From Lingula anatina (taxonomy: Eukaryota; Animalia; Brachiopoda): a stretch of 64,000 bases of DNA. The stretch's first letter is position 1, and each line of letters begins with the position of its first letter. Below, piece after piece: positions 26,201 to 39,181 of the stretch. Under the pieces are notes generated by a model. It saw nothing but the letters and a program-made list of their open reading frames with translations, was not told the origin of the DNA and did not search any database. The DNA is taken from the NCBI GenBank assembly GCA_051362555.1, contig CM120641.1, forward strand, positions 1,116,001 through 1,180,000, written 5' to 3'. Both the position numbers and the translations under genes were made by a program.

Positions 26201-29200
26201 ACTGCCAACCAGTAGCAATCAGAAGTGACTGTTAATTCATGGGCAGCCTTTTATGAGACCGATTAGTGCTGTTTGTAGGACTAATGACGACTGGTGGGAA
26301 ACTTGAAGTATTTGGATAAATTCAATCTCTTATTATTATCTTCATCAGTTCTTTCGCAGCCGGCCATGGCCACAAAGGAATAGCAAGCGCATTACTGTGA
26401 AAACTTTATTTCATTAGAAAATTCAAAACTTCAATCACTTACACTTGTCAATAAACGGAATTTATCACAAGTGATTTTATACACGCTCGCAAGCCATACA
26501 GACTGCCTTTCATAATGGCTCTTGTTACAATTTGTTCAAGGATGGGCAGACGTCTCTATAAACCGCAGGCTGCGTGCGTGTGGCCTTCTGTAGACGGAAC
26601 TCATCTTCAGAACTGCGACATTTAGTTTACTTATGTGGAAAACTAGCTTTAAACATTCTATTTCCGATTTCAGTTTTATCTACCAGGTGTATTTTGTAAA
26701 ATGATCTGATAGAGCTCCAAGATTATCTATAGAATATGTTTAATTAAACCTGTGTATAACTGTGATAAATGCTTTACCTGCATTTTATCATTATATGTGG
26801 GAATTAAATAACTAACTAACTAGGTATCAGGACGTTTCACAAATAGCAATTTGACGCTTACAGAACAGCTGCCTTTAAACCTGTTAATCTTTTTAACAGT
26901 CAGTCGAGCAACGTTAGGTAAGCAAATGCACTTAAGTTTGTCTCTGGTGTGTTTTTCTATTACTTTTCTCATTTGTCATTTTACCGCTGACTGTGCATAT
27001 ATAGCTAATTAAACGTAGATTTATCGTATGTTGCCAATGTCTAATTCAGGGGAACTGATGATAATTATAATTAAATTATAAGTGTCGCCTTCAATGGTTT
27101 TAGCAAGAGGGAAAGCTAAAAATTTAATCATTTTAAATAAAAAGTATTTTTGAAAGCACAGTGTCGTTTTATCATGCTTAAATACATTTGAATAAATTAA
27201 AACTTAACCGTAGATACATTTATATTAAACTAATATGCAAATCATATACATGGAAATCTATCTGCACTATGAATAGTTCATTGCATGCAAGCTGTCATGC
27301 TTAAATACATCTGAATATATTAAACAATTAAACATATATATATATGCAAATTTAAACTTATCGGTATTATTAATGATTCACTACAACTATTTTTATGGAG
27401 ATAATAACATATTATCTTCAGTTTGTCGGTAACCGTTAGCACTAAAGTTAGATACTAAAATGAGAAATCAGACGAACCTACGACGAACCTCCGTATGCCA
27501 GATAAACTCATGGATGCGTTTGCCACATTGTTATTATTGTTAAAATCATTAGGATAGTGAGTTTATATAATAAAAGCGGCCTTCTTTGGCCAAATCACGA
27601 ACACCCGATAGTCTTTGTTGCATTCTCTTTTGCTATGAACGGGACTATTCAAGTTTGTGATGCACTGGGATGGAGGAGACATAAATGTTGACATTTAAGT
27701 TAAGGTGAAGCAATCTTGCTTTATCAAAACCAGAATGTTTTTCAGACGTCCTTATGAGGTATTCCAAACCGACAGAAGAGCGTCATGGAAGCGGAAGTGG
27801 TCTTTACTCTGAAGCACTTGTAAAACTTTTTTAAAACATGCACAAGAATTTTTTAAAAACGCCTTAGAGACATTAATACGAACGTTTTGACAGGGGACAA
27901 TTGTTGTACCTCTCCATTGGCGAGGTGTCCAATTTTACGATCACATAAAGGAGGTACTGAAAGGTTGCTTTGGTACTTATGTATCTGAAAAGGATATCAA
28001 CTGGATATAATACGTTATTCAATGGGTTTGTCTACATTTGTCAAATATGTGTAAATTAAATATGGAAGTGGGAGTGAAGGCAAGTTGTAGGAAGGTGTAC
28101 ATGACATCCCAGGACAAAAAGTGCCTTTCCTCCTACTACAGTGTTGTTACAATCTGTGAATGTTTATTGACAACTCACTGAGTTCTGAAACTTTCTTAAG
28201 AACATTTTCAGGTAGACCCACTTTACGGTTCAACAGTATATTTAGCTTCAGGCTTTAAATTCCATTATGCAAACAAAAAGTTCTTCTTCATATCACTCAA
28301 GGGGGACAAACCTTAGCTTATTCTATGAAAAGTCCTCTTTTTTTCTCTTCAGAATTATCTACACACACCAATCTCGTTCGTGGCTCTGGGGAAGCCATTT
28401 TTATCCCTTGCGTTTTTCCTTAGCCCTGAGTTTGTAAGTGCAGGCTCCAATAAAGCAGCCATGATTTCTAGCAAATCTGCATGAACCATGATTTTGGGTG
28501 AAGGGTACAAAACCAGGGTATTGAATGTATTCTAGACGCGGCCTGATATGCTCCATATATGGCTCCTGGTAACGACCACAGGTGTGCAACTGCGGAACAC
28601 ATTTCAAATTCAAACTTAAAAGCATCCTTAATGATGTTTTTACTAATGGAATTGCCCCACGGGCAAACAGTGTGTGAGAAAAAAGGAACAACAAACCTTT
28701 CCCATTCCCGTGACATTTTTATTTGCATCTTGTACATTCTTATTTTCTTATTTTCCGCTGAAAGGCATGCAATAAGTAAACAGTGATACCTGGGTCTTTG
28801 TGTTCTCCTCCAGTTTATTACGTAACAATTAGATTCTTTTTGCACCAATTTCACTTTTTATTTACAGATGTCTTTTTTTTGCTTATGGCAAGGATGTACA
28901 TATACTGTAGTCAGTTTCTATATTAAGACTAAGCTATTGAGGAAGGATTAAGATGGTTTCCAATAAGCATGAGCGAGTTGCTCTTTTCTTCTGTTTTTCT
29001 TTCGCAGTTTGATCAAGTATAAATATACATGTATGTGACGGTACAGAGACCATGGCATAATACCAAAACTAGGACGTTTTGTTTCATGAGCCAAAAATCT
29101 ATCTCGTAGTCATCAACTCCTTCAGATTTCCTTGCTTTTTAGATATACATGCAACACATATAACACGTTAAAGATGCAATATACAGAATGATAATAATAC

Positions 29201-29699
29201 CTTCAATATTCAATCAGCGCTTAACGTGTTTCTTGCGTGTTTTAACTCTAAACAATGACGACAAACGTATCAGTAAGTGCCTCATATCGTTATGTCTGTC
29301 TCGAGTTAAATACTTTACCGAACAGTGTCGTTTTACATTAGGAAGATCACCCATCACTACGGCATTTAGGCTAACTTGCTTAGAGTTACCGTGTATCTTT
29401 TACTGTAAGAAATGTCAAGCGTGCTGTGCATGTGAAAATAAAGATTGTGTTTTGATCCAAGTACACATAGAACGATGCATAATAATCGCATTGTCATAGT
29501 TCCCGCTGTATGGGAATTGAGTTCTTTTAGTGCTGTGTTTAACTAGCGAACAGAGGTTTTCTCTGATGCGTTTTACATGTGCCATATCGCTAGTCCTGCT
29601 TGGTCATGTCTTCGAAGGAAGTCTTGCAACAAGTGTAAAAACCAATTGTGTGATACCAAATCCTGGTGCCAATGACGAAGTAAGTAAAAGGCGCCTGCA

Positions 29700-29920
29700 A
29701 ATATACCACGTGCTGTGAAACATTTGAAATGACGTCAAAGCAATCAAAAGCTCGCCACCCCAGCTCATGTCCATCTAACGGACACCTCCGGCAAAGCCGA
29801 GTTTGGCTGCAGCGACGTCACAAAGCACGCAACATGTGCCATCCCACGTAGAGCCCGGAATGTGTATACACGAAAGCTCGTCACTTGCCATGGAAACGGA
29901 GCCAGTTATATAGAAGGGTG
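29700..29920 (+). promoter_or_regulatory. Candidate proximal promoter of gene 2
   Basis: E-box CACGTG at 29707, perfect CRE TGACGTCA at 29730-29737, near-CRE CGACGTCA at 29813, X-box-like CTTGCCATGGAAAC at 29884-29897, and TATATAGA at 29907-29914, about 80 bp upstream of the ATG. Confidence 0.55.
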
Positions 29921-29988
29921 ATGTTAGAAGGGTATACTGTGCGTGCTGAAGTCTACCAGTACACAGCTACATTTGCAGACGCAGAAAA

Positions 29989-32900
29989 ATGGGGACCGTT
30001 GAGAAGGATTCAAAAGTGGATTCAGACGAGTCAGATGAGGTAATAACGGTTAGCGAGGAATCCAGTTAATCAGTGTCATTACTTTTTTATCATTATTTTT
30101 TCAGATATGTTATTTTATATCATTCATGACGGTCATTGATTTTTTAAATCGAAAAGTTGCTTTTGCGCTACATTTATCAATTTATAACTGGTGGGAATTG
30201 TTTATCGCAAAATATATCTTTGCATGACTTTATACAGGTTCATATTGTAAGAAAGGCCTTTCACATTATCTAACCAGCGCATATTACATTTCTGCTTCTT
30301 TAAAATAGGAATCTACTACTGCAGTTTTTGCCATAAACTACCCGAAGACGCTAGTTCCGTCAAACGAATACGACACAATGTCCATGGTGTCCGAAACGGC
30401 TATACCTTACGATGACAAGAAGGATATTGATAGTACTTTTCCAAATAAGGGGGAAGGAGAAAAGGGCAACTCAGACAGTGAAAGCACAGAGCGACGTGGT
30501 TCTAGGTGCCATTGGCGTTTTATTGTTGGTTACACTGCGCTGCTTTTCTTCGTTGTGATTATCGCAGGCGTTACTTACCTGCTCGTACAAGGAGGTAAGC
30601 TACGCAGTTTAAAAGAGCGCCTAGTCGCTAGAAAAAAACGTTACAATTGCAAAGCTCTTGTAAAGTTATGCCTTATACTAAAATAGCGGTAATTAATGCG
30701 CTAAATGCTTTAAGGTCATCATTAAGTTTAAAAGGTGAGATATGCCATGCCAGTGCATAACACGCAAAGTGTGATTCTGTCTAAGAAGAAAAACGACAAA
30801 AATATTCATCGACATCCGGACAGAACCAGTGTATAATTTGAATTTAAGTCGATTTACTTAAGTTGAGTTATAAGAAACCTCACAAAATGCACATTTTTTT
30901 TTTGTTTGTTTTTAGATATCATATCAGCCAATAAGAAATATGAATGCCAGGCCTTTGAGAGCAACGTATGTCCCCATGTCAGGTACAGGGCGGCTGCCAT
31001 GCCCAATTATTTTGGGCACAAGACTGTGGTATGTTGCAAAATTTAAATCTACTTTTACAAAAAAAAAGTAAGAGGAGGCCGATGGATTACATTGGGTCCA
31101 AAGATAAATTCCACAATACAGAATAAGAAGTTTTCTATCATTTTGATTGATTTGCCTTCACATGCTTACCGCTTTGCTAAAGTACAAACAACTCGACCAG
31201 TAAAAACGCCTCATTTCAAAATTTGTCTAATTGGTTGGTTGATATAAATTGCGCAAGTGCTGTTACAAAAGCGCTTTTATCGTGCAGTCATGTTTAAAAT
31301 ATATGATTCAAGGTACAGGTACATACATAATGAACATCATGGTAGTGCAGTTTAGTTGCTATAAGTCCTCTTTTGTAATATATACACGTGATGTGGGGAA
31401 AATGTCTGTTTCGGTCACATGGATATTTCGGTCACCATAGTAACTATCAATGCAATCACATGCAATTTGCAGCTTTTGGAAATAAGGTACAAATAGGTCT
31501 CGTTAGCGTTCAGTACAGATTTATATGTTTAAAATATCACGATTTGTCCTTCTAAACAGTATCCTATCGTTTAGGCCTGGTTAAATTCGTTTAGACCTGT
31601 AAGAGTCGCCGTGTTTTTCGGTTTATTCCCAAACCCAAATTTTAAAAGGAAGAAAAAATTTTAGTGAGATGCGTGTGGTAGGTCATCGTGCCTGTAAAGC
31701 AATAAACTTCCTCTGCATCATTCACTAGTAGGAAAATACAATTTCACGTCAACAGGCTTACACCTTTCATTTATTCATTTGATTAGATGTATTTAAACAT
31801 ATGACGAAGATTTTGGAATGTTTATTGTAAAATGAATATATGACCAAGGAGCCAGTGAAAACGAAAATCACTATCGGTTATTTTTGACATAAGCAAGGTA
31901 CACATGTACTAGTATTCCCGTTAAAGTAATAGTCCCTTCATGCCTTTAAACTACTTTTCTACCTGACACACCTTCATGGCTTCAGCGCGCCTTTTATGAG
32001 AGCAGTTCAGGGCTCCTGGATGTTCTTAATGAAACTTTATTTTCCAGAGAGATGTCTTGGAGTCGGAAATTTATAACATAACCATGGAAAGGCTCATAGG
32101 CACGTGCTCCAGTCACTTGTTGGAGTTCATGTGTAATATTTTATTACCACGATGTGATCTAAAGACGTCCAAGGTACAAACGAGTGGGTTTCGGGTGACG
32201 CCTTGTGGAACGGTGTGCGAAGGTAACGTCTCCATGGTAACCATCCGAGATACATTGTAGCCAGAAGCCTCGTGACTTACTCGAAGAATGACATTTTAAT
32301 GCCATCTTAATTTTTATTAATTTAAATGTCATTTTAATTTTAATTAATTTTAATGACATTTTAATTTTAATCAAAATTAGGATTTAGCGGATTTGGAAGG
32401 GTTTGAAAAAATGACAGACGAGTGTGGTAAAGCAACGAATGAAATTGGAAGAATTTCTTCTGGTTGTTCTCTCTTAAGTCGTGTATATTTACTTGTACAG
32501 TCTATTGCAATACAGTACGTATTAAAGATGTTTTACGTAAAATTGCGTGTCACGTCTACAGGTATATGGTTTTTTAAATCGACACTCTTGGTAAAAAGAA
32601 ATCACTCGTATTACTGAAATATTACACCATCTTACGCGGACTCTCGTGCGATGTCTAACCTTGTATTACGTCACGATGTATCGACAGCCTCGTTTTATCT
32701 CGGGTGATTCCCATGCAATAGCGCTTACACAATTGCAACAATTAAGGCAAACTGAAACGAAACAGTATTTCCCGGAGAGAATTACCAAGTAAGACAACGT
32801 GCTATTCAAGTGTCATGCGTATAGGATTAAAAATAGATTTCTGTGCTAAATACGCCTGTCTGACGCCTTCCAAGGGGTGAAATACGATACACACTTCCCT

Positions 32901-35900
32901 TGGTTTGAAACTGAAACCATTCACTTGCGTTAAACTGTATAAGAATGCACCTGTAGAAGAAAGGCGCCTTATATGTATCGTTTGGAATTTTCCAAATGAG
33001 ATGAAAAGATTTTAAAGTAAATTCATGAATATTTATCTTCCAGACGTGATGGCAGATTGTTCGCAATCGTTTCAGCAAGCAGGCATAGGCGTGTCTTCAT
33101 TTTCGTGCAAGATGTTCGACGGACAAGTGAACGGTAAAGTTTCCTTTTTATACAGACGCGTGGACACATATTTTAAAGCAAGTTACCAGAATTTGGCAAG
33201 AGAAGACAATATAAGGGTGGTTTGGGTATTTTTTGCAAACATTACAAGCATTATATCGGCAACAAATCATAGGGAATGCAAGTGCTTTACGTAAAATGTT
33301 TTTGTTTCTATCATCTTTGTCAATGAATCAAGTACTCCGTAAATCATCTTTCAACATATTGCACAAAAAAAATATCCTGCAGTTTCGTCTTGGGAGAATT
33401 TAGAACTTGTAATTCCAAATAACCCACAGAAACTGGTAGATGGCAAAATACACCTATATCCAGTAGAACCTGTACATGTGTGTAGATTATGCCTTTTATT
33501 CAGCAAATATGTTTTGGGAGATGGGCATAGAAAAGTATAGAGACAAATTGCTACTTAAATATTTTAGTCAGCATGTAAATGTACTTACATATGATCCGCT
33601 TTTCAAAACTGAAAACAAAGTTTTATTTTTAAATTTAGGAATTTTCTTAGAATCGTTTTAGAAAAGATCGACTCTGGAACTGATATATCCCTCTATATTG
33701 TAAAAATAGAGCTTATGAAAAAAATCCTCGTCTCATTCCTTTACCTCAGGGGTAGAAGATTGTTATATACTCAGAAAAGAGTGCCTCAACAGTTTCTTTA
33801 GATGCGATGGAATTGTTGACTGTCAAGATGGTGAGGACGAGAGAGGATGCGAAGAAGCAGGTATTCAGTCCAAGGGTCATTTCACAAAAAAGTGACTCTC
33901 TTAATGACGTCAGTGACGCTGGACTGTGTAACATTTGTAGTTTTGGCGCCAAGTTATTTATCTCTCTCAGTAGCATCCTCCAATGTGGAAAGAAACCTAG
34001 AGTAATTTTAAAGAGGTGATATAAAAAAGCTAAGGAAATGTTGAGCAGAATGCGCACCTCGCTAACGTGACTCAGAGAATAAAAAGGGTTGTAGTGATAC
34101 ATACATATTAAATATATGTCAATTATCAACATGAGGATTTTAACGACAGAGGCTACATAAAACTACCATTTTGAATCATTCAATGTAAACTTTAAATATT
34201 ATGCCAAAAGATGTTCAGGAAATCTTACATTCAGGTTTTGGACTTTGGAGCCAATGGGGCAGCTGTTCTGTGACGTGTGGTCAGGGTCAGAGGGTCAGGG
34301 TGCGCGCCTGTGAGATCACCGCCAATACCACCTCTTTGATGAGATGTGACGGACCCACCTTTCAACTAAAAGACTGCACTATGAATATCACTTGTCCAGG
34401 TAAGCCGACAGTATTCAGCATCCAAGCAACCACAGAGCGTTATCAAAACGTTACCATGACGTTTCGGTAACGTTTAAGCGTTCTGGTAACGTTTAAATAA
34501 CGTCCTGTGTTTGCTGGGGTGACTTGCAATATACTCAATCTGATAATCGTGCACAATGCTATATAATATTATACACTTGATTTTCCAAGTTAGTGTCAAA
34601 CGCCGAAAATAGCCTTAGGTTGCATGTTTAGAGTTGTTCAATCAATCTGAATAATTTTAGACGTTATGTCTTCAAATATTGTATTAAGAAAATTCTATTA
34701 AAAAATTGTCGGGTATAAAACCTGCGCATATTCCCATATCTATCTCAATTGTAAAAACGATATATATATATATATATTTGAAATGTCTGAGCATCTGAAT
34801 GATCGTCTTTGGGTTAGTGCTTGCTGTCATCAATTCATCCGTGTATGTTCACAAGGCCACTTTTCTGACCTCATGACAGACATGCGTCAATGGTTAAAAA
34901 AAAGAAAAATATAAGAAGACACTGAAAAATGTACATGTATAGGTTTAGCCATACGGCTGTGTATATATGGACATGTAAAGGTTTAGCCATACGGCTGTGT
35001 ATATATGGACATGTATAGGTTTAGCCATACGGCTGTGTATATATGGACATGTATAGGTTTAGCCATACGGCTGTGTATATATGGACATGAATCGGTTTAG
35101 CCATACGGCTTTGTATATATGGACATGTATAGGTTTAGCCATACGGATGTGTATATATGGACATGTATAGGTTTAGCCATACGGCTGTGTATATATGGAC
35201 ATGTATAGGTTTAGCCATACGGCTGTGTATATATGGACATGTATAGGTTTAGCCATACGGCTGTGTATATATGGACATGTATAGGTTTAGCCATACGGCT
35301 GTGTATATATGGACATGTATAGGTTTAGCCATACGGCTTTGTATATATGGACATGTATAGGTTTAGCCATACGGCTGTGTATATATGGACATGTATAGGT
35401 TTAGCCATACGGCTGTGTATATATGGACATGTATAGGTTTAGCCATACGGCTGTGTATATATGGACATGTATAGGTTTAGCCATACGGCTGTGTATATAT
35501 GGACATGTATAGGTTTAGCCATACGGCTTTGTATATATGGACATGTATAGGTTTAGCCATACGGCTGTGTATATATGGACATGTATAGGTTTAGCCATAC
35601 GGCTGTGTATATATGGACATGTATAGGTTTAGCCATACGGCTGTGTATATAGGTGATGGTTACTGGACGGCTTGGGGCGACTGTTCGACTTCGTGTGGTC
35701 CTGGAATCAGGAGCCGGTGGATCTACCGTGAGGACGTCACTAATACGACCACCCCCGCGGCTTACACCCCACAGGCAGAGGAGAGGGAGGAGAGGGAGAA
35801 GATCTTTGAGTACGAAAACTGTTCTGCTGATTTGTCGGGTAAGTACTTTAGCCATGATTTTATAGTGCCTATTTTTTACATAATGTCATGTTAGTTGGTT

Positions 35901-37283
35901 TATTGCGTAGATGTAACTGAAGCCTAGATTACATTTGCCCTTCGATGTCCATACGGTGCACGTATACTATACGAAATTGTCAGATTCACAGCCACAGTAG
36001 GCTCTGTGGATTTTGTCAAGCTAAAACTTTCGACAAATTTTAAATATCGTAAGCTCGTAGGCCGTGGCATCATCGAAAATGACATCGTACAGTTCCCGTG
36101 CGACGAACTTGCGGTGATTGTCGTAATTATTGAACCTGTTGTTGGACTCTGCCCCTTACACCTTTGGTGGTTTTAGAGGCACAGCAATTGCAAAAATGGT
36201 AAAAACGTAATTCACTTGCAAAAATTTGACACTGTGCGTTTCCATATGACTGCTTAAAATCGAGGTTTAGCTGTACCGACATAGTATCGATCTTCAAGGA
36301 AACCGCAAGGAAGACTCTGAGACTGAATGGGCGTCGTGTGATCACATTACAACGGACAACCGATTTTTCCCTTTGTTGTCTTGGGTACACAACTCCATCA
36401 TACGTTTATTTACAAAGAAAATATGTTTAAAAATGTATTTGTGATGTGAATACGGATCTAGATCTAGTCATGCAAAGAACAGCCGCACTTTTATGAATAA
36501 ATCACTTTCACCTTCACATTTCAGAATTTGGGCCGCGGCGTTGGGCGACCTGGTCCAACTGGGTCGAGTGCTCCACCAGCTGCGGTGCTGGAACACGTGT
36601 GCGGTGAGTGAATCTTGTGGAGTTGATTCATGTTTTGCCACGGCACTGGTCTGTTGTGTTGAATCTTTTTGCGTCAAATCCTCGTTGTTTGTAAAGTGCG
36701 ACTCGAAATGTGACTAGAGATGATACGTTCGCGAAAACTTTGACATTTAGCATAGCAAAAGTTTACTGTGGTTAGCCATAAAACATTTTGATATTTAGAG
36801 TACAGGTGACCTACATCATAACAACCAACAAACTACTTGCTTCTTACTGCGGAAACATGTGTACATTATCTTGAGAGTGATAATTAATCAATAAACAACA
36901 CAGCTACGGCCAAAAACGTGTTTTTCCGCATGATTTTATTTAGATGCTTTTAATCCATTCACTTAGAACAACAAACCAAAATTGTGTCAGCGTTCAGTAA
37001 ATTATCATGCAGGTGGTTTGGGTATCAATTTCAGCCATATTTTTCAATGGTTCCTACGGTTTTCCAGGAACGCTTGTGTTTTCTGCATTGCAATGTGGTC
37101 TAGAACATTGACATTATAAGTTTGTCGTATGGAAAATTCTGACATGATCTTATTATGCTCATAACTTAGACTATATTTTGTAATGTTAACGTAGGCCTGC
37201 GTTGCACGTTTCCTTACAGGCGCAAAAGATAATGAATATATTGTTTTGAATATACATAATCACAGCAATCACAAATAAACACG

Positions 37284-37324
<41 letters not shown>

Positions 37325-37366
37325 ATTAGGTAATTTCTGAAGGTGTTTTTAGTTAGTCTCTCTCTC

Positions 37367-37439
<73 letters not shown>

Positions 37440-38851
37440 ACCTATCGCATAATCTAATCCTTTATCTTACAGTAATCGTACCGAGGAGTCTGATACCGGA
37501 GAAGACGTAGTATGCCCCCGGGAAGAGGTGGAAACCGGCCCGTGTAACGGTTGCTACTGTGAAGGTAAGGACTTTTTCCCTATTTCAAAATCGGAGATTT
37601 ATTAAATTAGCATCAGTGTATTGTACATGAAATAATCTAGCTTATATCCATATGTAAATATCTATGTAATAATCATGTCCACTTATATGTTTACTTATAT
37701 TTGGTGTTTTCTTATAGCTAGTTAAAGTTGTGTATCAATAAAGAGCTGAAGCTGTATACTAACATATGCTAGTTGTGTATTTGAACACATGTGAGGACGT
37801 ATTGAGTGTTTGCCCTTTTCGTGTTCCATAGTTATGACACGTCACAATGCGATGCCTTTGAAGTCATGATAATTTTTAAATTCATATTTAGAATTTTTCA
37901 CTTTCTTGGCCATTGCAAATGGTTCTCTCACTTTATTTTTCCTGTACAAGGGTACTTTGATATTTGTCGAGCGCGCATGACGCAGAGGGAAGCCATTTTG
38001 GTAATGTGCAAATTGACACAATTTGCACATTTAGAATCGTGCAAAACAGGTGATAATGTACCTATACATGGAGCTAATAGTTTCAAAACTTGTCTTAACC
38101 GGAAGCGAAATCCATGTTTTTTCTCGGCAGTTTTTTGGCAGGTTAAGGTGAGGTGCAAGAGACAAACTGAAACTGGCACTTAAGATAACTGACACCTCCC
38201 GCACATGCTCACCGGTGGATATCAAAGATTTTTTCCCTGTACAACACTTGTCACGTTTTAACAGTCTGTCATTTACTCCAGAAAATAAAAATATTATATT
38301 TTACAGAATGGAATCTCTGGTATTTGCGCGGCAGCGAGAGACCCCAATCCCGTTTCCCTTTTGTAGTCGGCCAGTACTACCTGTTGACTGGCCAGTCCAT
38401 ATACCAGCACTACGAATATACGAAAATATCTAACCAGTCCGAAGAGTACGAGCCAGTGTACCTCCATCACACGGGCTCTATTTGGCTGTTCACCCACATC
38501 TACCACAGTAACGTAGGGGTGGTATTTCAGTTTGCCTTTCTCGACCAAGGTATTCACGAGCTGACAGGACAGTGGAAGTTCTACGACCCGGATCCCGTTA
38601 CCACCAGAAACTGGATGGACGATCCTTTCATGAAGCTGATCTGCATCCCAGGTGATCCATTGAGTGGTTTTCATTGCAGATATACTGCTTTGAAACTTTT
38701 TCTGCATATTTTATTAAATGAATATATTCACTTTTTATTTCAGTTCTATAGCTTTGTGACAGATAAAGAAAATATTTAGATTTTCATTTTAAAATGGCAC
38801 TGAGACGTATACCCATAACAATATTTGCTTAGTATCAGATACATTCGAGCC

Positions 38852-38916
<65 letters not shown>

Positions 38917-39181
38917 TAAAATAATCTGCCATCCTAAATAAAACCGTCTATTTCTAGAGAATCACTGTATCAAGCCGGAGCCCTACAACATCAAGAACGC
39001 AGTCACGTATGACGTGGGGAACCAGGTAGCGTATATGACTAACGACACCATCACCTACACCTGTGACACCGGCTTTCTTTTCTCTAGCGGCGAGCATCAG
39101 GTCACCATCATGTGCAACGACCAGGCGAAGTGGAATAATTCGGGACTGGAATGCGTCTCTGTCGACCTCATCGTCGTTTAG
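29989..39181 (+). CDS. Gene 2: type II transmembrane mosaic protein (Frizzled CRD, 3 TSP1, unnamed domain, CCP/Sushi), about 601 aa
   Basis: Phase-consistent exons: 29989-30039; 30309-30594 (cytoplasmic N-terminus, basic residues, TM FIVGYTALLFFVVIIAGVTYLLV); 30916-31028, 32048-32222 and 33044-33133 (Fz CRD: MPNYFGH, CSSHLLEFMCNILLPRC, PCGTVCE); 34235-34399 (TSP1); 35653-35838 (degenerate TSP1); 36525-36603 and 37473-37564 (TSP1); 38307-38651 (domain X); 38958-39181 (CCP, TAG). Total 1806 nt, in frame. Confidence 0.85.
34421..34519. mobile_element. Short palindromic MITE (CCCAGCAAACACA-type ends with internal AACGTT repeats)
   Basis: TCCAAGCAACCACAGAGCGTTAT and ATAACGTCCTGTGTTTGCTGGGG form an imperfect inverted repeat. 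Confidence 0.6.
34931..35652. repeat. 38-bp minisatellite, about 19 near-identical copies, abutting exon 7 of gene 2
   Basis: Unit GGACATGTATAGGTTTAGCCATACGGCTGTGTATATAT. Confidence 0.95.

Noticed and set aside
28401-28854. Overlapping 75-128 aa ORFs between genes 1 and 2
   Set aside because: No motifs and no phase-consistent links to neighbouring exons.
34931-35652. Regular arrays resembling CRISPR (also 12339-13223 and 20050-20306)
   Set aside because: Head-to-tail repeats without unique spacers, no cas genes, and a eukaryotic context.
38294-38707. 137-aa minus-strand ORF and similar antisense ORFs over exons
   Set aside because: Antisense shadows of genuine exons on the opposite strand.
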